Position numbers and translations under genes: made by a program
Notes under the pieces: generated by a model
Told to the model about the DNA's origin: nothing
Seen by the model: only the letters and a program-made list of their open reading frames with translations
Databases searched by the model: none
DNA from: the human T2T-CHM13v2.0 reference genome, Homo sapiens
Assembly (NCBI RefSeq): GCF_009914755.1
Contig: NC_060948.1
DNA: 64,000 nucleotides
Reading direction: 5' to 3' (one strand)
In this document: piece after piece, positions 1-13,200 of the stretch
Position numbering within the stretch: the stretch's first letter is position 1
Layout of the letters: the number at the start of each line of letters is the position of its first letter

Positions 1-2090
1 AATGAAATGGAGTCAAAAGGAATGGAATCGAATGGCAAGAAATCGAATGTAATGGAATCGCAAGGAATTGATGTGAACGGAACGGAATGGAATGGAATCC
101 AAAGGAATGGAATAGAATGGAATGGAATCGAATGGAAAGGACTCGAATGGAAATCACTCGAATAGAATGCAATTTAATAAAATAGGACCAAATGTAATGG
201 AATGGAATGGAAAGGAATCGAAACGAAAGGAATGGAGACAGATGGAATGGAATGGAACAGAGAGCAATGGTATAGAATGGAATGGAATCATCTGGAATGG
301 AATTGAATGGAATGGAATAATATGAAATGGAATGGAATGGAATGGAATGGAATGCCCTTGAATTAAATGGACTGGAATGGAATGGACTCGAACAGAGTGG
401 AATGGAAAGTGTTGAGATAGAATGGAATGGACTCGTTTGGAATGGTCTAGTATGCAATGCAATCGACTGGCAGGGTATCAAAAGGAATGTAATGGAATGG
501 ATTGGACTGGAATGCAATGGACTCGAATAGATTGCAAACGGAATGCAAAGGAATGGAATGGAATAGTATGGAATGGAATGGAAAGGAATGGAGTGGAATA
601 GACTAGAGTGGAATGGAATGGACTGGAAAGAAATGGACTGGAATGGAACTTTCTTGGATGGACTGGAATCAAACGGAATGGAATGCAATGCAATCAAATG
701 GCATGGAATAAAATAGAATGAAAGAGAATCAAATGGAATTGAATCGAATGGAATCGAATGGATTGGAAAGGAATAGAATGGAATGGAATGGAATTGACTC
801 AAATGGAATGGACCAGAATGGAATGGATTCGAATGGAAGGCAAAGGAATGGAATCTATTGGAATGGACTGTAATGGAATGGAATGGAAGGGATTGGAATG
901 GACTCGAATGGAATGGACTGCAATAGAAAGGATTCGAATGGAATGAAAAAGAATTGAATGGAATAGAACAGAATGGAATCAAATCGAATGAAATGGAATG
1001 GAATAGAAAGGAATGGAATGAAATGGAATGGAAAGGATTCGAATGGAATGCAATCGAATGGAATGGAATCGAACGGAATGGAATAAAATGGAAGAAAACT
1101 GGCAAGAAATGGAATCGAAATGAATGGAGTGTTATAGAACGGACTCAAAAGGAATTGAATGTAATAGAATGGAGTGGAGTGGACTCGAATATAATGGACT
1201 GGAATGGAATGAAATCACATGGAATGGGAACGAATGGAATGGAATGGAAAGGAATGGAATTGAATGGAAAGGAATCGAATGGAAGGGAATTAAATTGAAT
1301 CAACAGGAATGGAAGGGAATAGAATAGACGGTAATGGAATGGACTCGAATTGAATGGACACGAATGCTCAAATTGAATGGACTCGAATGGAATGGAAACG
1401 AAAGGAATGTCATCGAATGGAATTGAATCGATTGGAATGAAATCGCATAGAATGGAGTGGAATCAAATGGAATTGAATCGAAAGGAAAGGAAGCGAATGG
1501 ACTGAAATGAAATGGAATGGAATTGAATGGAAAGTAATGCAATGGAATAGAATGGAACGAAATTTCACGGAATGGAATCAAACTGAATGGAATCAAATCA
1601 ATGGAATCTAATCAAATGGAATGGAAAGGAATTGAATGGAGTAGATTGGATTGGATGGGATTGGAATGAAATGTACTGGAAAGGACTCGAATTTCATGAA
1701 ACGGAATGGAATGAATTGGAACGGAATGGACTCGAATGGAATGGAATGTCATGGAATGGCATCAAATGGAATGGCATCAAATGGAATGGAATCGAATGCA
1801 ATGTAATGCTATGGAATGAAATGGAATGCATTGGAATGGAATGTCCTGTAATGGAATGGATTCGAGTGGAATGGAATCGAATATAATGGAGTCGAATGAA
1901 ATGGAATTGAAAGGAATGGGATCGAATACAATGGAATATACTGGAATGTAATGTAATGAACTCGAATGTAATTGACTGGAATGGAATGTACATGAATGGA
2001 ATGTAATCGAATGGAAAGTAATCCAATGGAATAGAATCTAATGCAATAAAATCGACTCAGATAGAGTAGAATGTAATGGAATGGAGTGCA

Positions 2091-2170
2091 GTGCAATGGA
2101 ATGGAATGGAATGGAATGCAATGGAATGGAATGGAATGGAATGGAATGGAATTTAATGGAATGGGATGGA
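2091..2170 (+). repeat. Longest near-perfect (GGAAT)n tract of the unit; length-variable microsatellite present once per copy (c1 shown)
   Basis: It lies between GCAGTGCAAT and GG(G)ATGGAATGGTAT. The distance between fixed ORF-track anchors that span it ranges from 210 to 235 bp across copies, mostly in 5-bp steps. Confidence 0.9.
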
Positions 2171-2901
2171 ATGGTATGGAATGGATAGTAATGGACTGGA
2201 GTGAAATGGACTGGAAAGGAATGGACTCAAATTGAAAGGGCTCGAAAGGAATGGAGTCAAATGGAATGGTCTGGAATGGAATGAACACGAATGTAATGCA
2301 ATCCAATAGAATGGTATCGAATGGCATGGAATATAAAGAAATGGAATCGAAGAGAATGGAAACAAATGGAATGGAATTGAATGGAATGGAATTGAATGGA
2401 ATGGGAACGAATGGAGTGAAATTGTATGCAGTAGAAGGTAATAGAATGGAATGCAAGCGAAAGGAAAGGAATGGATTGGAATGGAATGGAATTCATTGGA
2501 ATGGAAGGGAATGTAGTGTAATGGACAGGTCTGGAATAAAGTGGAATGCTACGGTCTCAATGGAATAAAAATGTATGGAATGGAATGCAATGAAACGGAA
2601 TCGAATGTCATAGAATGTAATGGAATGCAAAAAAATGGAATCCAAAATCATTGACTGGAAAGGCTGGGTGTCGAAAGGAATTGACTCCAATGGAATGGAA
2701 TCGAATGGAATGGAAGTGAATAGAATCGAACTAAATCGAATGGAATGGAATTGATAGGAACGGAATGGAAAGGAATGCAATGATTTGGCATGGAATGGAA
2801 TCGAATGGCATCGAATGGAATGGAATGGAATGCAATGGAATGGAATGTATTAGAATGTAATGAACTTTAATGGAATGTACTCGAATGGATTCGACTGGAA
2901 T

Positions 2902-2916
2902 GGAATGTTCTGGAAG
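2902..2916. promoter_or_regulatory. Consensus heat-shock element gGAAtgTTCtgGAAg (one per unit; c1 shown)
   Basis: Exact match to nGAAnnTTCnnGAAn. It is intact in every copy I inspected except c3 (~10045, GAAtgTTGtgGAA). This is a motif match only; binding is not shown. Confidence 0.6.
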
Positions 2917-3181
2917 TGAATGGACTCCAATGGAATGGATTCCAAAGGAATGGAATCGTACGGAATGGAATCTAATGGAATGGAATTAAATGGAAATGAA
3001 TCAAATTGAATAGCACGGAATTGAATTGAATGGAATGGAATGCAATGGAATCTAATGAAACGGAAAGGAAAGGAATGGAATGGAATGGAATGGGCTGGAA
3101 TGGAAAGGAATCGAAACGAATGGAATGGAATCGAACTGAAGAGACTGGAATGGAATGCACTGGAATGGAAGGGAGTGTAAT

Positions 3182-3196
3182 GGAAGGTTCTCGAAA
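3182..3196. promoter_or_regulatory. Consensus heat-shock element gGAAggTTCtcGAAa (one per unit; c1 shown)
   Basis: Exact match to nGAAnnTTCnnGAAn, seen in all 18 copies (last at ~63757). This is a motif match only. Confidence 0.6.
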
Positions 3197-4207
3197 AAAA
3201 TGGAATCGAATGGAATGGAATTGAATGGAACGGAATAGAGTCGAATGGAATTGAATGGAATGGAATGGACTAGAGTGAAATGGAATCGAACCACAAGGAA
3301 TGGAGAGGAATAGAATGGTCTCGAATTGAATGGAATCGTATGGAATGGCATCAAACGGAATGGAATGGACAGCCACGGAATGGAATGCACTCGAATGCAA
3401 TGGAGTCGAAACTAATGGACTGGAATAGAATGGACTCGACTGGTACGGACTCCAATGGAATGGAATCGAATGGAAGGGAATCGAACGGAATGGACTCGAA
3501 GGGAAAAGACTGCAATGGAAAGGTCTCGAATGGAATGGAAATTAATGGAATGGAATGGAATCGAATGAAATGGAGTCAAAAGGAATGGAATCGAATGGCA
3601 ACAAATCGAATGTAATGGAATCGCAAGGAATTGATGTGAACGGAACGGAATGGAATGGAATCCAAAGGAATGGAATAGAATGGAATGGAATCGAATGGAA
3701 AGGACTCGAATGGAAATCACTCGAATAGAATGCAATTTAATAAAATAGGATCAAATTTAATGGAATGGAATGGAAAGGAATCGAAACGAAAGGAATGGAG
3801 ACAGATGGAATGGAATGGAACAGAGAGCAATGGTATAGAATGGAATGGAATCATCTGGAATGGAATTGAATGGAATGGAATAATATGAAATGGAATGGAA
3901 TGGAATGGAATGGAATGCCCTTGAATTAAATGGACTGGAATGGAATGGACTCGAACAGAGTGGAATGGAAAGTGTTGAGATAGAATGGAATGGACTCCTT
4001 TGGAATGGTGTAGTATGCAATGCAATCGACTGGCAGGGAATCAAAAGGAATGTAATGGAATGGACTGGACTGGAATGCAATGGACTCGAATAGATTGGAA
4101 ACGGAATGCAAAGGAATGGAATGGAATAGTATGGAATGGAATGGAAAGGAATGGAGTGGAATAGACTAGAGTGGAATGGAATGGACTGGAAAGCAATGGA
4201 CTGGAAT

Positions 4208-4222
4208 GGAACTTTCTTGAAT
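4208..4222. promoter_or_regulatory. Consensus heat-shock element gGAActTTCttGAAt (one per unit; c2 shown)
   Basis: Exact match to nGAAnnTTCnnGAAn in c2-c18. It is broken in c1 (646: GAActTTCttGGA). This is a motif match only. Confidence 0.6.
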
Positions 4223-7200
4223 GGACTAGAATCAAACGGAATGGAATGCAATGCAATCAAATGGCATGGAATAAAATAGAATGAAAGAGAATCAAATGGA
4301 ATTGAATCGAATGGAATCGAATGGATTGGAAAGGAATAGAATGGAATGGAATGGAATTGACTCAAATGGAATGGACTAGAATGGAATGGATTCGAATGGA
4401 AGGCAAAGGAATGGAATCTATTGGAATGGACTGTAATGGAATGGAATGGAAGGGATTGGAATGGACTCGAATGGAATGGACTGCAATAGAAAGGATTCGA
4501 ATGGAATGAAAAAGAATTGAATGGAATAGAACAGAATGGAATCAAATCGAATGAAATGGAATGGAATAGAAAGGAATGGAATGAAATGGAATGGAAAGGA
4601 TTCGAATGGAATGCAATCGAATGGAATGGAATCGAACGGAATGGAATAAAATGGAAGAAAACTGGCAAGAAATGGAATCGAAATGAATGGAGTGTTATGG
4701 AACGGACTCAAAAGGAATTGAATGTAATAGAATGGAGTGGAGTGGACTCGAATATAATGGACTGGAATGGAATGAAATCACATGGAATGGGAACGAATGG
4801 AATGGAATGGAAAGGAATGGAATCGAATGGAAAGGAATCGAATGGAAGGGAATGAAATTGAATCAACAGGAATGGAAGGGAATAGAATAGACGGTAATGG
4901 AATGGACTCGAATAGAATGGACATGAATGCTCAAATTGAATGGACTCGAATGGAATGGAAACGAAAGGAATGTCATCGAATGGAATTGAATCGATTGGAA
5001 TGAAATCGCATAGAATGGAGTGGAATCAAATGGAATTGAATCGAAAGGAAAGGAAGCGAATGGACTGAAATGAAATGGAATGGAATTGAATGGAAAGTAA
5101 TGCAATGGAATAGAATGGAACGAAATTTCACGGAATGGAATCAAACTGAATGGAATCAAATCAATGGAAGCCAATCAAATGGAATGGAAAGGAATTGAAT
5201 GGAGTAGATTGGATTGGATGGGATTGGAATGAAATGTACTGGAAAGGACTCGAATTTCATGAAACGGAATGGAATGAATTGGAACGGAATGGACTCGAAT
5301 GGAATGGAATGTCATGGAATGGCATCAAATGGAATGGCATCAAATGGAATGGAATCGAATGCAATGGAATGCTATGGAATGGAATGGAATGCATTGGAAT
5401 GGAATGTCCTCTAATGGAATGGATTCGAGTGGAATGGAATCGAATATAATGGAGTCGAATGAAATGGAATTGAAAGGAATGGGATCGAATACAATGGAAT
5501 ATACTGGAATGTAATGTAATGAACTCGAATGTAATTGACTGGAATGGAATGTACATGAATGGAATGTAATCGAATGGAAAGTAATCCAATGGAATAGAAT
5601 CTAATGCAATAAAATCGACTCAGATAGAGTAGAATGTAATGGAATGGAGTGCAGTGCAATGGAATGGAATGGAATGGAATGCAATGGAATGGAATGGAAT
5701 GGAATGGAATGGAATGGAATGGAATTTAATGGAATGGGATGGAATGGTATGGAATGGATAGTAATGGACTGGAGTGAAATGGACTGGAAAGGAATGGACT
5801 CAAATTGAAAGGGCTCGAAAGGAATGGAGTCAAATGGAATGGTCTGGAATGGAATGAACACGAATGTAATGCAATCCAATAGAATGGTATCGAATGGCAT
5901 GGAATATAAAGAAATGGAATCGAAGAGAATGGAAACAAATGGAATGGAATTGAATGGAATGGAATTGAATGGAATGGGAACGAATGGAGTGAAATTGTAT
6001 GCAGTAGAAGGTAATAGAATGGAATGCAAGCGAAAGGAAAGGAATGGATTGGAATGGAATGGAATTCATTGGAATGGAAGGGAATGTAGTGTAATGGACA
6101 GGTCTGGAATAAAGTGGAATGCTACGGTCTCAATGGAATAAAAATGTATGGAATGGAATGCAATGAAACGGAATCGAATGTCATAGAATGTAATGGAATG
6201 CAAAAAAATGGAATCCAAAATCATTGACTGGAAAGGCTGGGTGTCGAAAGGAATTGACTCCAATGGAATGGAATCGAATGGAATGGAAGTGAATAGAATC
6301 GAACTAAATCGAATGGAATGGAATTGATAGGAACGGAATGGAAAGGAATGCAATGATTTGGCATGGAATGGAATCGAATGGCATCGAATGGAATGGAATG
6401 GAATGCAATGGAATGGAATGTATTAGAATGTAATGAACTTTAATGGAATGTACTCGAATGGATTCGACTGGAATGGAATGTTCTGGAAGTGAATGGACTC
6501 CAATGGAATAGATTCAAAAGGAATGGAATCGTACGGAATGGAATCAAATGGAATGGAATTAAATGGAAATGAATCAAATTGAATAGCACGGAATTGAATG
6601 GAATGGAATGGAATGCAATGGAATCTAATGAAACGGAAAGGAAAGGAATGGAATGGAATGGAATGGGCTGGAATGGAAAGGAATCGAAACGAATGGAATG
6701 GAATCGAACTGAAGAGACTGGAATGGAATGCACTGGAATGGAAGGGAGTGTAATGGAAGGTTCTCGAAAAAAATGGAATCGAATGGAATGGAATTGAATG
6801 GAACGGAATAGAGTCGAATGGAATTGAATGGAATGGAATGGACTAGAGTGAAATGGAATCGAACCACAAGGAATGGAGAGGAATAGAATGGTCTCGAATT
6901 GAATGGAATCGTATGGAATGGCATCAAACGGAATGGAATGGACAGCCACGGATTGGAATGCACTCGAATGCAATGGAGTCGAAACTAATGGACTGGAATA
7001 GAATGGACTCGACTGGTACGGACTCCAATGAAATGGAATCGAATGGAAGGGAATCGAACGGAATGGACTCGAAGGGAAAAGACTGCAATGGAAAGGTCTC
7101 GAATGGAATGGAAATTAATGGAATGGAATGGAATCGAATGAAATGGAGTCAAAAGGAATGGAATCGAATGGCAACAAATCGAATGTAATGGAATCGCAAG

Positions 7201-10200
7201 GAATTGATGTGAACGGAACGGAATGGAATGGAATCCAAAGGAATGGAATAGAATGGAATGGAATCGAATGGAAAGGACTCGAATGGAAATCACTCGAATA
7301 GAATGCAATTTAATAAAATAGGATCAAATGTAATGGAATGGAATGGAAAGGAATCGAAACCAAAGGAATGGAGACAGATGGAATGGAATGGAACAGAGAG
7401 CAATGGTATAGAATGGAATGGAATCATCTGGAATGGAATTGAATGGAATGGAATAATATGAAATGGAATGGAATGGAATGGAATGGAATGCCCTTGAATT
7501 AAATGGACTGGAATGGAATGGACTCGAACAGAGTGGAATGGAATGTGTTGAGATAGAATGGAATGGACTCCTTTGGAATGGTGTAGTATGCAATGCAATC
7601 GACTGGCAGGGAATCAAAAGGAATGTAATGGAATGGACTGGACTGGAATGCAATGGACTCGAATAGATTGCAAACGGAATGCAAAGGAATGGAATGGAAT
7701 AGTATGGAATGGAATGGAAAGGAATGGAGTGGAATAGACTAGAGTGGAATGGAATGGACTGGAAAGCAATGGACTGGAATGGAACTTTCTTGAATGGACT
7801 GGAATCAAACGGAATGGAATGCAATGCAATCAAATGGCATGGAATAAAATAGAATGAAAGAGAATCAAATGGAATTGAATCGAATGGAATCGAATGGATT
7901 GGAAAGGAATAGAATGGAATGGAATGGAATGGACTCAAATGGAATGGACTAGAATGGAATGGATTCGAATGGAAGGCAAAGGAATGGAATCTATTGGAAT
8001 GGACTGTAATGGAATGGAATGGAAGGGATTGGAATGGACTCGAATGGAATGGACTGCAATAGAAAGGATTCGAATGGAATGAAAAAGAATTGAATGGAAT
8101 AGAACAGAATGGAATCAAATCGAATGAAATGGAATGGAATAGAAAGGAATGGAATGAAATGGAATGGAAAGGATTCGAATGGAATGCAATCGAATGGAAT
8201 GGAATCGAACGGAATGGAATAAAATGGAAGAAAACTGGCAAGAAATGGAATCGAAATGAATGGAGTGTTATGGAACGGACTCAAAAGGAATTGAATGTAA
8301 TAGAATGGAGTGGAGTGGACTCGAATATAATGGACTGGAATGGAATGAAATCACATGGAATGGGAACGAATGGAATGGAATGGAAAGGAATGGAATCGAA
8401 TGGAAAGGAATCGAATGGAAGGGAATGAAATTGAATCAACAGGAATGGAAGGGAATAGAATAGACGGTAATGGAATGGACTCGAATAGAATGGACACGAA
8501 TGCTCAAATTGAATGGACTTGAATGGAATGGAAACGAAAGGAACGTCATCGAATGGAATTGAATCGATTGGAATGAAATCGCATAGAATGGAGTGGAATC
8601 AAATGGAATTGAATCGAAAGGAAAGGAAGCGAATGGACTGAAATGAAATGGAATGGAATTGAATGGAAAGTAATGCAATGGAATAGAATGGAACGAAATT
8701 TCACGGAATGGAATCAAACTGAATGGAATCAAATCAATGGAATCCAATCAAATGGAATGGAAAGGAATTGAATGGAGTAGATTGGATTGGATGGGATTGG
8801 AATGAAATGTACTGGAAAGGACTCGAATTTCATGAAACGGAATGGAATGAATTGGAACGGAATGGACTCGAATGCAATGGAATGTCATGGAATGGCATCA
8901 AATGGAATGGCATCAAATGGAATGGAATCGAATGCAATGGAATGCTATGGAATGGAATGGAATGCATTGGAATGGAATGTCCTCTAATGGAATGGATTCG
9001 AGTGGAATGGAATCGAATATAATGGAGTCGAATGAAATGGAATTGAAAGGAATGGGATCGAATACAATGGAATATACTGGAATGTAATGTAATGAACTCG
9101 AATGTAATTGACTGGAATGGAATGTACATGAATGGAATGTAATCGAATGGAAAGTAATCCAATGGAATAGAATCTAATGCAATAAAATCGACTCAGATAG
9201 AGTAGCATGTAATGGAATGGAGTGCAGTGCAATGGAATGGAATGGAATGGAATGCAATGGAATGGAATGGAATGGAATGGAATGGAATGGAATGGAATGG
9301 GATGGGATGGAATGGTATGGAATGGATAGTAATGGACTGGAGTGAAATGGACTGGAAAGGAATGGACTCAAATTGAAAGGGCTCGAAAGGAATGGAGTCA
9401 AATGGAATGATCTGGAATGGAATGAACACGAATGTAATGCAATCCAATAGAATGGAATCGAATGGCATGGAATATAAAGAAATGGAATCGGAGAGAATGG
9501 AAACAAATGGAATGGAATTGAATGGAATGGAATTGAATGGAATGGGAACGAATGGAGTGAAATTGTATGCAGTAGAAGGGAATAGAATGGAATGCAAGCG
9601 AAAGGAAAGGAATGGATTGGAATGGAATGGAATTCATTGGAATGGAAGGGAATGTAGTGTAATGGACAGGCCTGGAATAAAGTGGAATGCTACGGTCTCG
9701 AATGGAATAAAAATGTATGGAATGGAATGCAATGAAATGGAATCGAATGTCATAGAATGTAATGGAATGCAACAAAATGGAATCCAAAATCATTGACTGG
9801 AAAGGCTGGGTGTCGAAAGGAATTGACTCCAATGGAATGGAATCGAATGGAATGGAAGTGAATAGAATCGAACTAAATCGAATGGAATGGAATTGATAGG
9901 AACGGAATGGAAAGGAATGCAATGATTTGGCATGGAATGGAATCGAATGGCATCGAATGGAATGGAATGGAATGCAATGGAATGGAATGTATTAGAATGT
10001 AATGAACTTTAATGGAATGTACTCGAATGGATTCGACTGGAATGGAATGTTGTGGAAGTGAATGGACTCCAATGGAATGGATTCAAAAGGAATGGAATTG
10101 TACGGAATGGAATCTAATGGAATGGAATTAAATGGAAATGAATCAAATTGAATAGCACGGAATTGAATTGAATGGAATGGAATGCAAAGGAATCTAATGA

Positions 10201-13200
10201 AACGGAAAGGAAAGGAATGGAATGGAATGGAATGGGCTGGAATGGAAAGGAATCGAAACGAATGGAATGGAATCGAACTGAAGAGACTGGAATGGACTGC
10301 ACTGGAATGGAAGGGAGTGTAATGGAAGGTTCTCGAAAAAAATGGAATCGAATGGAATGGAATTGAATGGAACGGAATAGAGTCGAATGGAATTGAATGG
10401 AATGGAATGGACTAGAGTGAAATGGAATCGAACCACAAGGAATGGACATGAATAGAATGGTCTCGAATTGAATGGAATCGTATGGAATGGCATCAAACGG
10501 AATGGAATGGACAGCCACGGAATGGAATGCACTCGAATGCAATGGAGTCGAAACTAATGGACTGGAATAGAATGGACTCGACTGGTACGGACTCCAATGG
10601 AATGAAATCGAATGGAAGGGAATCGAACGGAATGGACTCGAAGGGAAAAGACTGCAATGGAAAGGTCTCGAATGGAATGGAAATTAATAGAATGGAATGG
10701 AATCGAATGAAATGGAGTCAAAAGGAATGGAATCGAATGGCAAGAAATCGAATGTAATGGAATCGCAAGGAATTGATGTGAACGGAACGGAATGGAATGG
10801 AATCCAAAGGAATGGAATAGAATGGAATGGAATCGAATGGAAAGGACTCGAATGGCAATCACTCGAATAGAATGCAATTTAATAAAATAGGATCAAATGT
10901 AATGGAATGGAATGGAAAGGAATCGAAACGAAAGGAATGGAGACAGATGGAATGGAATGGAACAGAGAGCAATGGTATAGAATGGAATGGAATCATCTGG
11001 AATGGAATTGAATGGAATGGAATAATATGAAATGGAATGGAATGGAATGGAATGGAATGCCCTTGAATTAAATGGACTGGAATGGAATGGACTCGAACAG
11101 AGTGGAATGGAAAGTGTTGAGATAGAATGGAATGGACTCCTTTGGAATGGTGTAGTATGCAATGCAATCGACTGGCAGGGAATCAAAAGGAATGTAATGG
11201 AATGGATTGGACTGGAATGCAATGGACTCGAATAGATTGGAAACGGAATGCAAAGGAATGGAATGGAATAGTATGGAATGGAATGGAAAGGAATGGAGTG
11301 GAATAGACTAGAGTGGAATGGAATGGACTGGAAAGCAATGGACTGGAATGGAACTTTCTTGAATGGACTGGAATCAAACGGAATGGAATGCAATGCAATC
11401 AAATGGCATGGAATAAAATAGAATGAAAGAGAATCAAATGGAATTGAATCGAATGGAATCGAATGGATTGGAAAGGAATAGAATGGAATGGAATGGAATT
11501 GACTCAAATGGAATGGACTAGAATGGAATGGATTCGAATGGAAGGCAAAGGAATGGAATCTATTGGAATGGACTGTAATGGAATGGAATGGAAGGGATTG
11601 GAATGGACTCGAATGGAATGGACTGCAATAGAAAGGATTCGAATGGAATGAAAAAGAATTCAATGGAATAGAACAGAATGGAATCAAATCGAATGAAATG
11701 GAATGGAATAGAAAGGAATGGAATGAAATGGAATGGAAAGGATTCGAATGGAATGCAATCAAATGGAATGGAATCGAACGGAATGGAATAAAATGGAAGA
11801 AAACTGGCAAGAAATGGAATCGAAATGAATGGAGTGTTATGGAACGGACTCAAAAGGAATTGAATGTAATAGAATGGAGTGGAGTGGACTCGAATATAAT
11901 GGACTGGAATGGAATGAAATCACATGGAATGGGAACGAATGGAATGGAATGGAAAGGAATGGAATCGAATGGAAAGGAATCGAATGGAAGGGAATGAAAT
12001 TGAATCAACAGGAATGGAAGGGAATAGAATAGACGGTAATGGAATGGACTCGAATAGAATGGACACGAATGCTCAAATTGAATGGACTCGAATGGAATGG
12101 AAACGAAAGGAATGTCATCGAATGGAATTGAATCGATTGGAATGAAATCGCATAGAATGGAGTGGAATCAAATGGAATTGAATCGAAAGGAAAGGAAGCG
12201 AATGGACTGAAATGAAATGGAATGGAATTGAATGGAAAGTAATGCAATGGAATAGAATGGAACGAAATTTCACGGAATGGAATCAAACTGAATGGAATCA
12301 AATCAATGGAATCTAATCAAATGGAATGGAAAGGAATTGAATGGAGTAGATTGGATTGGATGGGATTGGAATGAAATGTACTGGAAAGGACTCGAATTTC
12401 ATGAAACGGAATGGAATGAATTGGAACGGAACGGACTCGAATGGAATGGAATGTCATGGAATGGCATCAAATGGAATGGCATCAAATGGAATGGAATCGA
12501 ATGCAATGGAATGTTATGGAATGGAATGGAATGCATTGGAATGGAATGTCCTCTAATGGAATGGATTCGAGTGGAATGGAATCGAATATAATGGAGTCGA
12601 ATGAAATGGAATTGAAAGGAATGGGATCGAATAGAATGGAATATACTGGAATGTAATGTAATGAACTCGAATGTAATTGACTGGAATGGAATGTACATGA
12701 ATGGAAGGTAAACGAATGGAAAGTAATCCAATGGAATACAATCTAATGCAATAAAACCGTCTCAGATAGAGTAGAATGTAATAGAATGGAGTGCAGTGCA
12801 ATGGAATGGAATGGAATTGAATGCAATGGAATGGAATGGAATGGAATGGAATGGAATGGAATGGAATGGAATGGGATGGAATGGTATGGAATGGATAGTA
12901 ATGGACTGGAGTGAAGTGGACTGGAAAGGAATGGACTCAAATTGAAAGGGCTCGAAAGGAATGGAGTCAAATGGAATGGTCTGGAATGGAATGAACACGA
13001 ATGTAATGCAATCCAATAGAATGGAATCGAATGGCATGGAATATAAAGAAATGGATTCGAAGAGAATGGAAACAAATGGAATGGAATTGAATGGAATGGA
13101 ATTGAATGGAATGGGAACGAATGGAGTGAAATTGTATGCAGTAGAAGGGAATAGAATGGAATGCAAGCGAAAGGAAAGGAATGGATTGGAATGGAATGGA

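Noticed and set aside
1558-1702. Additional partial heat-shock elements (GAAatTTC at ~1559; TTCatGAA at ~1693)
   Set aside because: Each has only two inverted units and the third is out of register, so I did not count them as canonical elements.
210-3280. Possible internal duplication within the unit (GAAAGGAATCGAAACGAA at ~210 and ~3103; GACTAGAGTG at ~601 and ~3268)
   Set aside because: The offsets differ (~2893 versus ~2667), and short matches are expected from a limited pentamer vocabulary. No colinear sub-repeat is evident by eye; autocorrelation of variant pentamers would be needed to test it.
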